Shown: positions 1 through 11,481 of the stretch, in pieces
Layout: every line of letters starts with the position of its first letter
How positions within the stretch are numbered: the stretch's first letter is position 1
Source of the DNA: Amoebophrya sp. A120
Taxonomy: Eukaryota > Protista > Dinoflagellata
Reading direction: 5' to 3'
Length of the DNA: 64,000 nt
NCBI GenBank assembly: GCA_905178155.1
Contig: CAJINV010000013.1
Location: 2,600,158 to 2,664,157, forward strand
Notes under the pieces: generated by a model
What the model was told of the DNA's origin: nothing
The model's input: the letters and a program-made list of their open reading frames with translations, nothing else
Databases searched by the model: none
Program-made: the position numbers and the translations under genes

Positions 1-885
1 TGTCGCGGTCGCTTTGTTTCGGCCTTGGCTTTCTCGCATTTGGGCCCCAGCTTTCTCAAATGGCCTCCCTTCGCGCCTGGCCGCTGGCGCTTCCTTCCTT
101 CGCCCCCGGGGCCTCGGCCTGCTTGGCCTCACTCGCCCACCTAGGGGCCCCGGCCTACGGCCCCATAGCCTATCGCGTCGGGGCCCAGAGAGGTGGCCGG
201 GGCTTCCTAGGTTGCAAGCCTCTCCCTTTTTCTCGGTTTCCCGATTCTCGTTGATCGAGGCTCTGTGGCGACAAAAACTGCCGACTTGTAATGATGCATC
301 TGTTGCTGTGTAAAACTAATTTCGTCTAACTCTAAATGCTGTGCTTCCTTTTAAGAATAAAAACTCAAACTTACATATTGTTCTCTATCTCTTTTGCCTC
401 TGCTTCTCTGCCCGCGTGTGTCACTACTCCTACCTCAGCCTTTAAGTGGTGAATCTAAATATGTACTACCTGAATCTGATACATACGAACAAAAATTTCC
501 TTCCATCGCCCTGTTTCCTGTTTGGTTTCATTGAAGATTTTTTTTTTTTGAGATGAAGGAGCTCGCGACATCATTTCCGGATCTTTCTGTTATTGCTGGC
601 GTGCGAAATATTATATCGGGGATCATCTGCCATAGAGGGGAGCTCTGGGTAGATCAGAAGAGTGCGCATATTCTATATCTACCGAGCGCATAGTTACAAT
701 TTTAATCTATCGAGCGCTTGTCACTCAACCGATCTACTCAAATCGTCTCTATACGTGCAGTAGGGAGTTACAAAGTAGGGTGTCTACCACACGCCAACGA
801 AATCTTCTTTACTGTGTGCACGTCAACGGCTCCTTCAGCTGTCATCTTTCTTGTCCGATCTAGGCAGATCTGGAACCTGTAGTTT

Positions 886-3800
886 TTAGTTTTTATTTTT
901 CGCTTTGTAATGCTGAGAACTCAGAAATGTTGGGATTTGGATGAGAAATCCTACGAAAGACAAAGTCTCCCGCTTAGTAACCCAAGGCAAGGTTGTCGCT
1001 AAATTTCTTACTTTTACGAAGAAAGACCTGTCATGCAGGTTTTCCATGACCCATGAGGTCTGGTATGTAGGACATAGCATGACAGATTCTGTGAGAGTTC
1101 TATCACTATCATGCCTATCCTGCATGAGAAACTGCCTCCCAACTTGGTCTGAAGTGGACTGCTTTTGGCACTCATGCAACACAGATTTTTGCATTCTTCG
1201 GAATTAGCATGACAAGTTGCAATCTTCCAGACCCAGACATTTTTGCAATCCATATCGCACACAGGTGCTCCTTGGAAAAGTTGTTCTGCAACAGGATGTA
1301 TCAAATGCAAAAGCATCGCACTCGTACTAATCGCAGATATGCATGACAAATCTGGTTCCCAAGGTAAATCAGCATGACAAATTCCATTTTCCATTCTGAG
1401 GGAATTTGTCATGCGATTTATACTAGTACGATACTTTTGCAATGCATAGGATGTACACCAAGTACGCCGCGTAGAACCGGTAAATCTGTGGCTGTTTCGG
1501 CAGCATCCCGTTGTTCAGCTCGGCTTTCTATCAAATGTAAAAATGTCTGGGTCTGGAAGAATTCATGTTTGTCATGCTTGTCTGGCATGACTCTTAAATC
1601 TGTCATGCACGTCACCCAAGAGCTCCGCTTTTCTGTGATGCGGAAGCGCAGTTTGTCATGCAGAATAGGTAACACCTAGGAGCTCAGAAACTTGTCATGC
1701 TGAGCCAGCATTTTTAGCCTCATCATGAGACGCCACCCAGCATCACAAGTTTCCAGACCCAGACATTTTTACATTTGATACTTTCTCGATCAGGTCCAGA
1801 TTCACGTTGCAGGCCTCCGCCACCTTGAGTTCCGGAACCGAGGACTGGAGCAAAATTTTCTGGTACGTGTCCCAATCAATTTTGTCAGCCGTGATGGTCT
1901 GGCTCGCTTCCAGTCGTTTCTTTTCCTCCCGCATCTGCGCATGCTGGAGAGTGATCAAGGCTGGAGCTGTATTATCTGCTCCCGCTGTTGGAGCTGAGCC
2001 GTCACCGCCTCGCTTATAATTTTGGCTATCGGATCCACCTGCTGCAGCTCCGACTACAGTGACTTGATGCTGTACTGCGTGCTTATTTGATTTTCCTTTT
2101 GCAAGATTTACCCCGGCAGCTCCGGGTGCCCCAGCACCTCCTCCCCCCTTGCTGTTCTTGCTCGTCGTGTTTGTGTGCAGTATCGTCCCCTTGTTTTCCA
2201 CCAGACCGCCGACGTGGCCCGCTTTGTTCTTATCACTCGCATGGTACGTGCTCGCGAACGGAGTGCACATGTAGCACACGTGCAGATCCGTCTCTGTCAA
2301 AAGCTTCTTCCGCATCGCCATCAGCATGTCGTAGGTTTGGTACCCCGTCTCAATATCCATGCCGGAACGCACAATCGCCGTGCCCAGCTTTGTCGCCTGG
2401 TACGCATCTCGGGTTTTGTCGTACGCCACCAAGGGCATGCGCGCTACCTGCACCGGCGCGGGGGCTGCGGTAGATGAACTACAGGGCTGCTTGTTGTTGT
2501 GTCTATTGTTGCTTGCTGATGAAGCTCCTCCACCACCCTTGCTATTGTTCTGCTTCTGCGCTGTAGCAACAGTGACCGCACCGGACTGTTGCTGGGATTT
2601 TTGTGATGGGATAGCGACGTCCTGTGCCATCAAATACAACATGGCGTTGTACAAGTCCGGATGTTCCTTTCGGACGTCCTGTCGCGCTTTCGCTATGTCT
2701 TGCTTCGCGCCTGCTACAGGAGGTGCGCCTGTGGTTGCCACTTCCTGGTGCTTTCTACCTTGTTGTCCACCATCCAACACCTCTGCAAGAGAAGTGGACG
2801 AGTCCTTCTTTCTCTTGTTATGCACGAGAAAAGTGCAGTTGGAGAGCTCTATCAGACCATAATTGCTATTAACCGGGCCCCCGGTAGTTGTTGTAGCTGC
2901 ACCACCGCCGTCTATCTGATTTCGCTTTTTGCTCTTTTTCGTGGCCCCACCTCCGCCACTCGTTCTCTTCACCGCCAACATTTCCAGCACGAGGCGTTTC
3001 AGACCCACTTCGTCCAGGCATGATTTCAAAGGCGTCATCTTCTCGTTCATCAATCGCATGCCCTTCCGGTAGTCGTTGCACAAAATGATCGACTCCCCCT
3101 GCACGCCCTGGCCCTTCCTGCCAGCGCGGCCACACATCTGCTTGTACTGGGCAACGGTGAGTTCCCCCTGGCCGATATCCTCAAGAAAAACGTCCCCACC
3201 CCAGAGTTGTCATGCAGATTTGCATTGACAAGAACATTTGTGATGCGCATACCCATGGTAGGCATTTCCAATCGTGTTTTGGAATTTGTGATGCTCTGAA
3301 CAGGATAAGCAGACGGATCTGTGATGCGGCTGCACTTGCTAACCTGCACTACACTACGGAGTGCAAGTTGTCATGCGTGACTCCCAAAGCTCTTAGGTTT
3401 GTGTTGCAAAATCCCCATCTTGACTCTGGTGTGGGGACGTTTTTACTCAGGATAGCCGATCTTGATCCCGCGGAAAATCACCCGCCGCGCGGGCAAATTC
3501 ACCCCGGCGGCCAACGTGCTGGTATCAAATGCAAAAATGTCTGGGTCTGGAAACTTGTGATGCTGGGTGGCGTCTCATGATGAGGCTACAAATGCTGGCT
3601 CAGCATGACAAGTTTCTGAGCTTCTCGGTGTTGCCTATTCTGCATGACAAACTGCGCTTCTGCATCACAGAAAAACGGAGCTCTTGGGTAACGTGCATGA
3701 CAGATTTAAGTTAACTCTAGACCGCTCGGAATGTAATCGTGATTCAAACGGAATTCAAACTGAATTCAAAAAGTTGGCATTTTCAAAAAAACGCCCCTCC

Positions 3801-6800
3801 GAGGGGGCGAATCGGGCGAAACAAATGCGGCGCGCGACAGCTATAGAAAACGGCCTGTAGCCGCTTTCACACGAACGCTGCGCCCTGTGCTTGGTCCAGC
3901 GGACCAGGCGCGAAACGGCAACTGGATCCAACCATGCGAAGGAACTTCCGGGAAATGGGGCGAGCGCGCTTTGGTTCGACCGGCGGCCGAAGTTTGTTAT
4001 CATGCCTTAACTTGCGATCCTTGAAACCCGGCTCGGCGCCAGGGGGGTGCTGCCGGTGTAATAAGAGAAGACCCTGCCCAGCCACGGAAAAATGCCGGGA
4101 ACCGTCGGGGGCCGGCGCATGCGGTTAGGAGCATGGCTGGCCTCGGTGTCGGGGTCGCGGCTTGGCCCGGCGAGCGCCCAAGCAAGTCAGCCTGTGCATA
4201 TTGCATGTGACGCTACTGGACAAAATGCCGCCAGGGGCGAGGCCATCCCCGGCCGCGATTCCCAATGCGGTCAGCCACCCAAGATCGCCCAGGCTGGTCT
4301 CGGTAGGTGAAGTCGACTGGAGGCACAACTCTGGTGGCCCGGACCACAAAATCCCATCCCCCACCAATTCAAAATCCATCCGAATTCTGTCAGAATCCGT
4401 CCGAATCAAGAAGCCAAGTAGGGGACAAAATTCGGACGGAATTCCGACAGAATTCGGATGAGTTTTGAATTTGCCCCGATGGCCCCGATGGAGTTTGAAT
4501 TGGGGCCGATCGTCCGGATGGGTTTTGAATTGGGGCCGGTCGTCCGGATGGAGTTTGAATTGGGGCCGGTCGTTCGGATGGAGTTTGAAATTGAGATCCA
4601 CTCCCCGATGAGCTTTAGAATTGTTGCGCCGATCCCAAATTAGCGCCGCAAAAAAGCGCAGCCCCCTTCTGCGCTCGTGCGGGCCACTTGTAGCGTTCCT
4701 GCCTGAAGTGCCAAAGCCAATAATAGCGCCGGCCGCGGAAATGACTAGACCGCCACCCGTGTCAGACAGGCGCTACACAATAGTGGCGCGAAATTTTAAG
4801 CCACGACAGAGCGCCGTCGCCCTTCGCAGGCGATGCGGGTGTATGCCGGAAAGTGAATCAGAGCGCATCGCTCTGGCCCTCGGTCATCATTCAGCAACAC
4901 TGCTAGTACGGCGCGGAGCAGCTCTTCGGGTTGAGCCCGTCCCCCGAGCCAATGAGCCAGCAGGCAGCGGCGCTACCAGGTCGCCAAAAGCTGCCGGGGC
5001 AGCAACCGCTGAGAGTCCGGGGCATCGCGGATTGTGGCTCATTTCAAAAGTGCTCACTTTTTGAATTCATTTTGAATTCGTTTTGAATTCAATTTGACAC
5101 CGCCTGGTCCAGCGTTAAGATTTAAGAGTCATGCCAGACAAGCATGACAAACATGAATTGTTCTTGAAGACCCAGACATTTTTACAGTTGATAGCTGGTG
5201 CAGCACAGCACTTTGATCAGCGAGTTTTTGTACAGCCGGATCAACTATCCTGTGCAAAAGTATCGCACTCGTATAAATGCAAGTCTTGCATTACAAATCT
5301 TGTTCCCAAGGCAAATCTGTATTACAAATTTCATTTCTCATGCTGAGGAAATTTGTAATGCATTTATACGAGTACGATACTTTTGCAATTCATATCAACA
5401 AATCTTTGTCGGTTTTCGGCAAGTCCGCATGGTGGTACGCGATGCCCCGCGGGACGGAAAACTCGAGAATCTCGTTTTTGTTATTCCCGACATACCGGAT
5501 CGGCCGTTGCCCGGTTTTGTCATTCGGATCGGTACGAACCGGGAGCCGCTCGGCCAACTGACGGCACGTGGTTTCGCACATTTTTTTCGACGCGCAGAAG
5601 ACCAGGACGGAGTGGTTCTCGGCGAGTGTGTCCTGCACGCAAGCGTGCAGAAACTCCGGATCGTTCTCCAGCTTTGCCGGCAGTTGGTGGCTCCGCACCA
5701 CTTCCCCGTGGCAGTTCAGCAATGTGCCGCGGATATCTGCGGGGAGGAGTTCTTGCTGGTCTTGATGTTGATTTTCGCCATTTTTCGTACTTGTCTTCCT
5801 TCCGATGTCCATTTCCTGGAGCAGTTTCTGGTCGAATTTTCCCTTCGTTTTCTCGTTGAAGCAGATCCACTCCGACAGCGTGACCGGGCGGTAATCCGTG
5901 ATGAACAGCTCCGCGTCGAGCCAGTTCGCGATTATGGGGTTCTCAATTCTCAAACGTCACATTCTCAACTGTTACATGAATCTGTAATGCAAGAATGGCA
6001 AAAGTGAAACGGGGGACCTTGCGCGTCTTGCATGACAGATTTGGCACAGAGTATCAGCCTGCTTAGGCCTCTGAGAATTTGTCATGCTGAGCAGCTTGAT
6101 CGCATCGATTCTGATTGTGACTTTGCATGACAAATCATGTAACAGTTGACAATGTAACATTTGAGAACGCCGTAGCGATTTCATGCACATTGGGCATGGT
6201 CGCGGACATCCCCACCAGCTGGATCTCCGGGGCCAAATACCGCAGCTTCGCCAGCGTCACCTCCAAAATGTACCCGCGGCTGGGCTCCTGCAGCAAGTGG
6301 ATTTCGTCGATGACGATTATGGAAAACTTTTTCAGCTCCTCGTCCCCGGTCGACGCGAACAGGTTGACCACGTAGTTCGCCTTCTCGATGGTGCAAATCC
6401 CGATGTCGAAGTAGTCCGTGATTTTTTCCTGCGAGGAACCGTGGAAGGCACGGACGATGAGGCCGGTCTTCTCGCACAACTTCTTCAGATCGTACTCCTT
6501 TTCATTCACAATCGAAACGTAGGGAAGGATGAGCAACGCCGGGCCGACCTGCTGGTGGTGGGGAATTTTTTGTTTCTTTCTCTTCTTTTTCTTCTTGGTA
6601 GTGCCCTGGTGTGCCTGTGCAGCTTGTTCCTCGCCGCCGTCGGCTTGCTGGTCATGATCTTTTGCGGCGAAAACTGTGGATTTGCGCTTTGGAGAACTAC
6701 CAACTGCGTCGGCATCATGATCCGCCCCCGGAGCGTCATCTTCGTCAATATCCAAAACTTTTCCCCTGCAGCCGGTCACTGCTCGCAGCATCAACAATTC

Positions 6801-9236
6801 GGCGACGAAGGTTTTGCCGCCGGAAGTGGGAGCACAGTAAATCAAGTTTTTTTTCCCTTGCAGCACTTCCTGGTCTTTCCCAGCGAACAAACAATCGCGC
6901 TGCCACTCGTAGAGCTGGCCCTTGTTGTCGTCCTGGTAAGCTTTGACGATTTGGAACGGAAGACCGTAATTTTGAACGGAAAGCGTTTCCGGGGGGAGCG
7001 GAGGTTTGGCTTGGGGTGGAGGTGGAGGAGGATCGGGTTGCGGTGCTCGTGGTGCTCGTTGTTCTATTGCAACTTCCGGCTGCGCTAGGGTGAATGCCGG
7101 TACTTTCTGGTCCGAAACATACGATCTTTTCGTCATTGTTTTTTGGTCTTGGTCGTGTTGCGGGGGAGGCTCCTTGTTTGGTCGTGGATCCGCCGCACCA
7201 GCAATTACAGGATTGTGAATATTATTTTTATTGGTTTGCACCATATTATGAGACGAAACTTGCACTTGGTGCTCCCGCTCCTCCGCACTGGGCCGAAAAA
7301 GTGCGCTGCCTGCGGGTGCTGCAGATGCGGTATTGATAACATGGCGGCTCTCGTCACCAAGTAGTTGCTGCGCTTGCGCCGCTCCTGGCTGCTGAAGGAG
7401 TGGCGCTGGAGGCACAGAAACAGGTACAACAGCTGGACCTTTACCTTTCACACTGATGTTGTTGTTCACGGTACTGCTACTTAATGGTTTGTGGTTTTGA
7501 AATGCGCCGGAATTGTGTGAAGCGGCTGCAAACCCGGAAGCGAAGCCTTGCGCCGGACGATTTTTGAACCCGCCTTGAAATGCCACGTTTGAAGAAGCGT
7601 CCCCAGCGCCTTTTCCAGCGGTAGCACTATCGATCGGGCCGCCTCCGATGACACTCGTAGTTTTGTGCCCTTCTCCAGCGGCAAAAATGTGCGGCTGCGC
7701 AGTTTTTCCGATCATCTCACCGCGTTCGCGATTTCCATTTCCACCCGCATTAGCTACTTTGGGCGCAGCGCCCGGAGCATTGTGCTGATTCAAGTTAAAG
7801 AAGCCGCCCCCGCCAGTGGAGCAAGAGGAGCCGAAACCAGCAGCGGCTGCTGTTCCGAAAGCGTTCTTTGGTGCACTCTCCACGTGGGCAGCCGCCTGAA
7901 AAGGAAGCGCAGCTGCAGCAGGAGGTGGAGCGCTACTAACTACCGGCGCTCTTGCTGACGAGACAGAAACAACAGCCGGGTCGTCCTTGGAGGCATCTTG
8001 GTTCTTGTTCGCTTGGTCAGTGTGTTGCGCCCCCGACGTCCCTACCGCCGCCACCGCGGGTGGTTTCGCACCAAATCCGAAACTTCCTTTTGAAAATGAC
8101 GAAGATGGCTGAGCATTTGTTCCGAAGTGGCCAAGCCCCCCGAACCCTCTGGATGAAAAAGGCTGGCTTTGGCCTTGCTGCGGCTGAAATCCGAAGCCGG
8201 GCGTCGGCTTAGAACTGGACGAAACAGGGCCGGCAGCAGTGGCCATCTTCGCCGCGCTCGACGTCGCGCGAGCGTCTGCTGTGGTGCCAAACCCAGTCGC
8301 ACTTCCATTAAAGCCAGTCAGTACTGTCGTGAATCCAGCTATGACTCCTTTTGACGAGCTTTGGTGCCTTTGCGCCGCGTCAGGTGCAGGAGTTCCAACG
8401 TTTTCCTGCCTCTCAAATGAAGCTGGCGCTTGAACGTGAGACTGCGCTCGTGGTGTACCTTCATGATTGGCAGTACTTTCCGTCGCAAAAACCTGCTGTG
8501 GTGGCGGAGGTTGCCGCCCCACCGACGAAAAACTCTGTGCTGCTGCAACGCCTTTTTGAGCCGACAAAGTGGAGGCCTGAGCAGCCTGTGCTTGATTGCG
8601 ATTCACCTCCAAAGCTTCATGTTTCGGCGTTTTTTCTGTGACATCGATGTCTCGTTGGTGAACGAAGGACTGCTGGGCAGCACCGAAGCCGCTGGCCCTG
8701 TGGTTCACGTCGTGACCACCGCCTGCAAAAGCCGGAGATATCGGATTGTTGCAATTTCCCGTACTACCGACCGATACGGCAGATGTTGCGTTCTTGGGCC
8801 CAGGTACTACTTGCGGGGGCTGGTAGAACAGCATCGGGGATTTGACTTGTGCTTGTGCAACACCAGATGCAGCAACAAGTGAGTTTGCATGGACGTCGTT
8901 ACTTGTAGGTCCTCCACCTGTTCTTACACTTCCTACGGGTGGCTGCTGCTTCGGCACAGCAGCAGCACCTCCAAACCCTGCGAATGAGCCTAGGCCAAAT
9001 GATCCGAAGCTTGACGCCGGTACGTGCTGCTGCTGTGCCGTATTGAAGCTAGTGTTGCCTCCTCCGCCTCCAAACGCAACTGGTTTTCCCGCGCTCCCAA
9101 AGCCTTGGTGCTGCTCCTGCCCTTTTCCAGGCGCTTTCGCGTTCTTGCTTGGAGGAAAAGCCTGGTTGGGCGGATTTTTGTTCCCTTTGTTCTCCCCACC
9201 GCCGGCCGGGAAAGAGAAGAAGGATGAACTATTCAT
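886..9236 (-). CDS. HELQ: HELQ / Pol-theta-type Ski2-like SF2 DNA helicase, multi-exon, interrupted by 6-7 introners; 3' end uncertain
   Basis: Motifs APTSGGKT (I), IDEIH (II), GMSAT (III), GIAYHHADL, and after removing introners VHEIA|NWLDAELF, DLL|IRLYKNSLIKVLCCTS|TLAAGVNLPARRVIFRGIKIG|QGELTVAQYKQMCGRAGRKG and LIEK|AELNN..IYRFYAAYLVYI|LLQNN. No polymerase domain seen. About 750-aa low-complexity N-terminus. Confidence 0.85.
1000..1254. mobile_element. Decayed family-A introner (one TIR intact, other end eroded)
   Basis: Internal sequence aligns by eye to the element at 40821-41085. Right TIR ttccagacccagacatttttgcaatccata is present, left TIR is not recognisable. Possible DR tcgc. Confidence 0.6.
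1299..1448. mobile_element. Introner, family C (150 bp)
   Basis: Ends tatcaaatgcaaaagcatcgcactcgta ... tagtacgatacttttgcaatgcata. DR ggatg on both sides. Excision restores VYI|LLQ in the helicase. Confidence 0.9.
1529..1780. mobile_element. Introner, family A1 (252 bp)
   Basis: Perfect 30-bp TIR tatcaaatgtaaaaatgtctgggtctggaa. DR ctttc at 1524-1528 and 1781-1785. Excision restores LIEK|AELNN. Confidence 0.95.
3176..3454. mobile_element. Introner, family B (279 bp)
   Basis: TIR tatcct..aaaaacgtccccac.ccagagt. DR gccga. Excision joins helicase motifs V and VI (IKIG|QGELT). Close homolog at 42461-42739. Confidence 0.95.
3711..5118. mobile_element. Non-autonomous DNA transposon (1408 bp) with 8-bp TSD and imperfect ~75-bp TIRs, nested inside an introner
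   Basis: TSD gatttaag at 3703-3710 and 5119-5126, present once in sister copies. Ends ttaactctagacc... and ...ggtccagcgttaa with repeated gaattcaaa. GC-rich interior with no credible transposase ORF. Confidence 0.9.
4455..4623. repeat. 30-bp tandem repeat (about 5.5 units) with adjoining ~40-bp inverted repeat (4366-4406 / 4430-4471)
   Basis: Unit approx cggatggagtttgaattggggccggtcgtc starting at 4455, 4485, 4515, 4545, 4575 and 4605. Confidence 0.9.
5246..5394. mobile_element. Introner, family C (149 bp)
   Basis: TIR tgcaaaagtatcg(c/t)actcgtataaatgca. DR tcaac. Excision restores DKDLL|IRLYK. Confidence 0.93.
5933..6174. mobile_element. Introner, family E (242 bp)
   Basis: Ends tatggggttctcaa..acattctcaactgttacatga and tcatgtaacagttgacaatgt..ttgagaacgccgta. 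DR gcgat. Excision restores VHEIA|NWLDAE. Confidence 0.9.
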
Positions 9237-10208
9237 TATTTCCAAATAGATCTGCTAGTGCAACGTGGAAGCACGCACAAATCCAATCAATGTCAAGACG
9301 CGGGCAAAAAATAAGGACAGATCTGCTTAGTGCTTGGTGTTAGTCTTAGATCTGGAAAGAATAGGGACACGTCATTAAGCTGGAATAGGGATATTACCGA
9401 TACACATACATCACCTTCTACAGACTTCATCTACAACTACAGTGTGCTTCTTGCTATGTTTTGAGCGCCGGCGACCTCATCGGTATGGTCCGTCCTTACA
9501 TACCGGAATAAATTAAGTATGCGTCTTCTCCTGCTACAACAACTCTAACTACTACCTCGGGTTCAACATCCGTAAAAAAATCAGTCATTGTCATGTTGTA
9601 GATGTGGATCTTGCGAGGAAAGCAACAGGTGTCGACGTAAGGCGAACGCTCGAGATCAGACACGACGAGGACCGGGGTGGCCCACCTTGCTTTATCTTTC
9701 TTTTTCCGGAAAGTGGTCCCAGGAGCAACTGCGCCGTCAACCACCAAGTCGCGAAACACGAATACACCGCCACGATGAAAAATCTGAAGTCAGATCGTAA
9801 CCTTTACGTGTGGCTAAACCGTAGCAAGCAAGCTTCCTGAGGGGCAAGAAGAAAGCGGTAGAAGTACAGAACACCGAGAGGCTGCTCGACGCGAGCGACA
9901 CCTGCGATGCGCTGCAGAGGTTGGAGTGCAGATGTCATCTGCTGGTGCATACTCCTCCCGCAAATTCTTGAGAGAATGTGATTTTACTTGGATACTTCTA
10001 ATGCGCACTGTAGAGTAGGTTGAATATTCTGAAACGCAATGCGAAACGAGGCTTCCGACAGGGAGCTTATTAACGACATACAACATTGACAAAAGGTGTA
10101 CATTTTTGGTCCTCACGAGATTTGATTGTTAACTGACTGCACTTTTTGTACTTGACTAGCTGTTCACTTAAGTTCTCGTCCGAAAAGAATTTGAGTTTCT
10201 TATTCTTG

Positions 10209-10919
10209 TCACGGCTTCAATCGATTCTGCAAGAGAAAAAAGCTGAGTGGCGCCAACCCCAGCATCATTGCAAACGCGAAGAGCATAACGAGAAACCGCC
10301 GCTGCTTCTCTAGTCTACGTATTTTCGCGTTGCTGTTGAAATACGACTCCCTGCCTTCCTGGTCGCTCGGGTCGAAAAACCCGGACGGAAATCCCGATGA
10401 ACCGTCTAAGTCTAACTCCGACCTCATCTTTGTCGCAAAGGATACCGAAGACATGGTGGACTTCGTTTTCCCGATCATCATCCCCGCACCAGCTGCACCA
10501 CCTTCCCCGTCGGCGTCACTTCCTAAGCTTTCCTTCTGCCCGAGATTCTTGATCAAATTTTTCCTTTCCAGATCCAATTTCTCGGCTTTTTCCTCGGACT
10601 GCTTCAGCCGCTTCTTCATTTCCGCGTATTTGCGCTTCATTTCCTCGAGGCTCGGCGCATTCAGAAACGAAAGGCTGGAATTGACGGTGCGCTTGGATTC
10701 GCGGCTCGTCAGGGAGGGATTCGAATCCAGGTCCAGATCCTTTTGGAGCGGCTGCTGTGGTTGATGGTGGTCTGGATCAGGAGGTTTCGACGCTTTATGA
10801 TTCGCACCGTAGTTGTTCGAGCTACTGGTCTTTGGTGCAGCGGGGGTTATATCTGCATTTTTTGTAAGTGCGCTATCCTCCGCACTCGTCGCTGCCGCAT
10901 CCCTGTAGTCACCGGACAT
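10209..10919 (-). CDS. Hypothetical coiled-coil protein with C-terminal transmembrane helix (tail-anchored-like)
   Basis: 236-aa ATG-started ORF with heptad-like segment LEEMKRKYAEMKKRLKQSEEKAEKLDLERKNL and hydrophobic tail FLVMLFAFAMMLGLAPLSFFLL. Confidence 0.7.
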   Translation of the reverse strand: MSGDYRDAAATSAEDSALTKNADITPAAPKTSSSNNYGANHKASKPPDPDHHQPQQPLQKDLDLDSNPSLTSRESKRTVNSSLSFLNAPSLEEMKRKYAEMKKRLKQSEEKAEKLDLERKNLIKNLGQKESLGSDADGEGGAAGAGMMIGKTKSTMSSVSFATKMRSELDLDGSSGFPSGFFDPSDQEGRESYFNSNAKIRRLEKQRRFLVMLFAFAMMLGLAPLSFFLLQNRLKP

Positions 10920-11481
10920 GTTGGTGCTGCCCTTCTTCTTTTATTTCCTTCGTAGCGCTATAGCCATGATTCGAGCTGCAGGTACATCATCTACACGTAA
11001 CCGCGCCTAGCCACGATGAAGTGCTATCGGAATACATTCATGAAAGAAAGAACTACAACTCAAACTCTCGTCACTTTACGACAACTAACGACCATAATTC
11101 ACAGGAGTAATTGGTTGAAGTTACTCCTACTCTCTGTATTCGTCTCAGGCTATTGAGTACGCGTCTGCATAAAGAAAATTTTCATGCTGCACCTGCTGCA
11201 CGAGATAGAGACTCTCCAGAACTCCGAAATGCTGCGAGGACACTGCCGCGCATGTGTTTCGTGAGTAAAGCTGCAGACTGACCGCAGCAGTTAAGCATAG
11301 CACTTGCAACAACATCGCCCCAGAGAAGAGATATCCGCACTGACGCTCCTCGCTGAAATATGAACACACGTAATCAATTTCTCAGGACGAAAAGTTGATA
11401 ATTTATTTTACGCTGTCGCTGTTTGCTCCTGCGTACAGGAAGCAGTCAAGTAGTACTCTCGTCGTGCTGCTGCAGATTTTT

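Larger units (their letters stand above)
3523..5193. mobile_element. Introner, family A1 (opposite orientation to 1529-1780), expanded by a nested 1.4-kb insertion
   Basis: Family-A TIRs at 3523 and 5193. DR gctgg. The two halves match the uninterrupted copy at 39979-40230. Excision restores CCTS|TLAAGVN. Confidence 0.93.

Noticed and set aside
1374-1679. Recurrent small ORFs with peptides such as KCKNVWVWK, SNVKMSGSG and MLPILHDKLRF as a protein family
   Set aside because: They are translations of introner TIRs and interiors, not genes.
4455-4623. 30-bp repeats as a CRISPR array
   Set aside because: Units are contiguous with no unique spacers, there are no cas genes, and the context is eukaryotic.
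3711-5118. piggyBac element with TTAA TSD
   Set aside because: TTAA is at both ends, but the empty site in sister introners shows the duplicated sequence is gatttaag, so ttaa belongs to the element's TIRs.
5198-7088. Long plus-strand ORFs (5198-6007, 6183-7088; also 48519-49460 and 54972-55712)
   Set aside because: Antisense shadows of GC3-rich minus-strand exons with no recognisable motifs.
886-9236. Full DNA polymerase theta (POLQ)
   Set aside because: Only the helicase module is present and no family-A polymerase exons are visible before the window start, so HELQ-like is preferred. The C-terminus remains uncertain.
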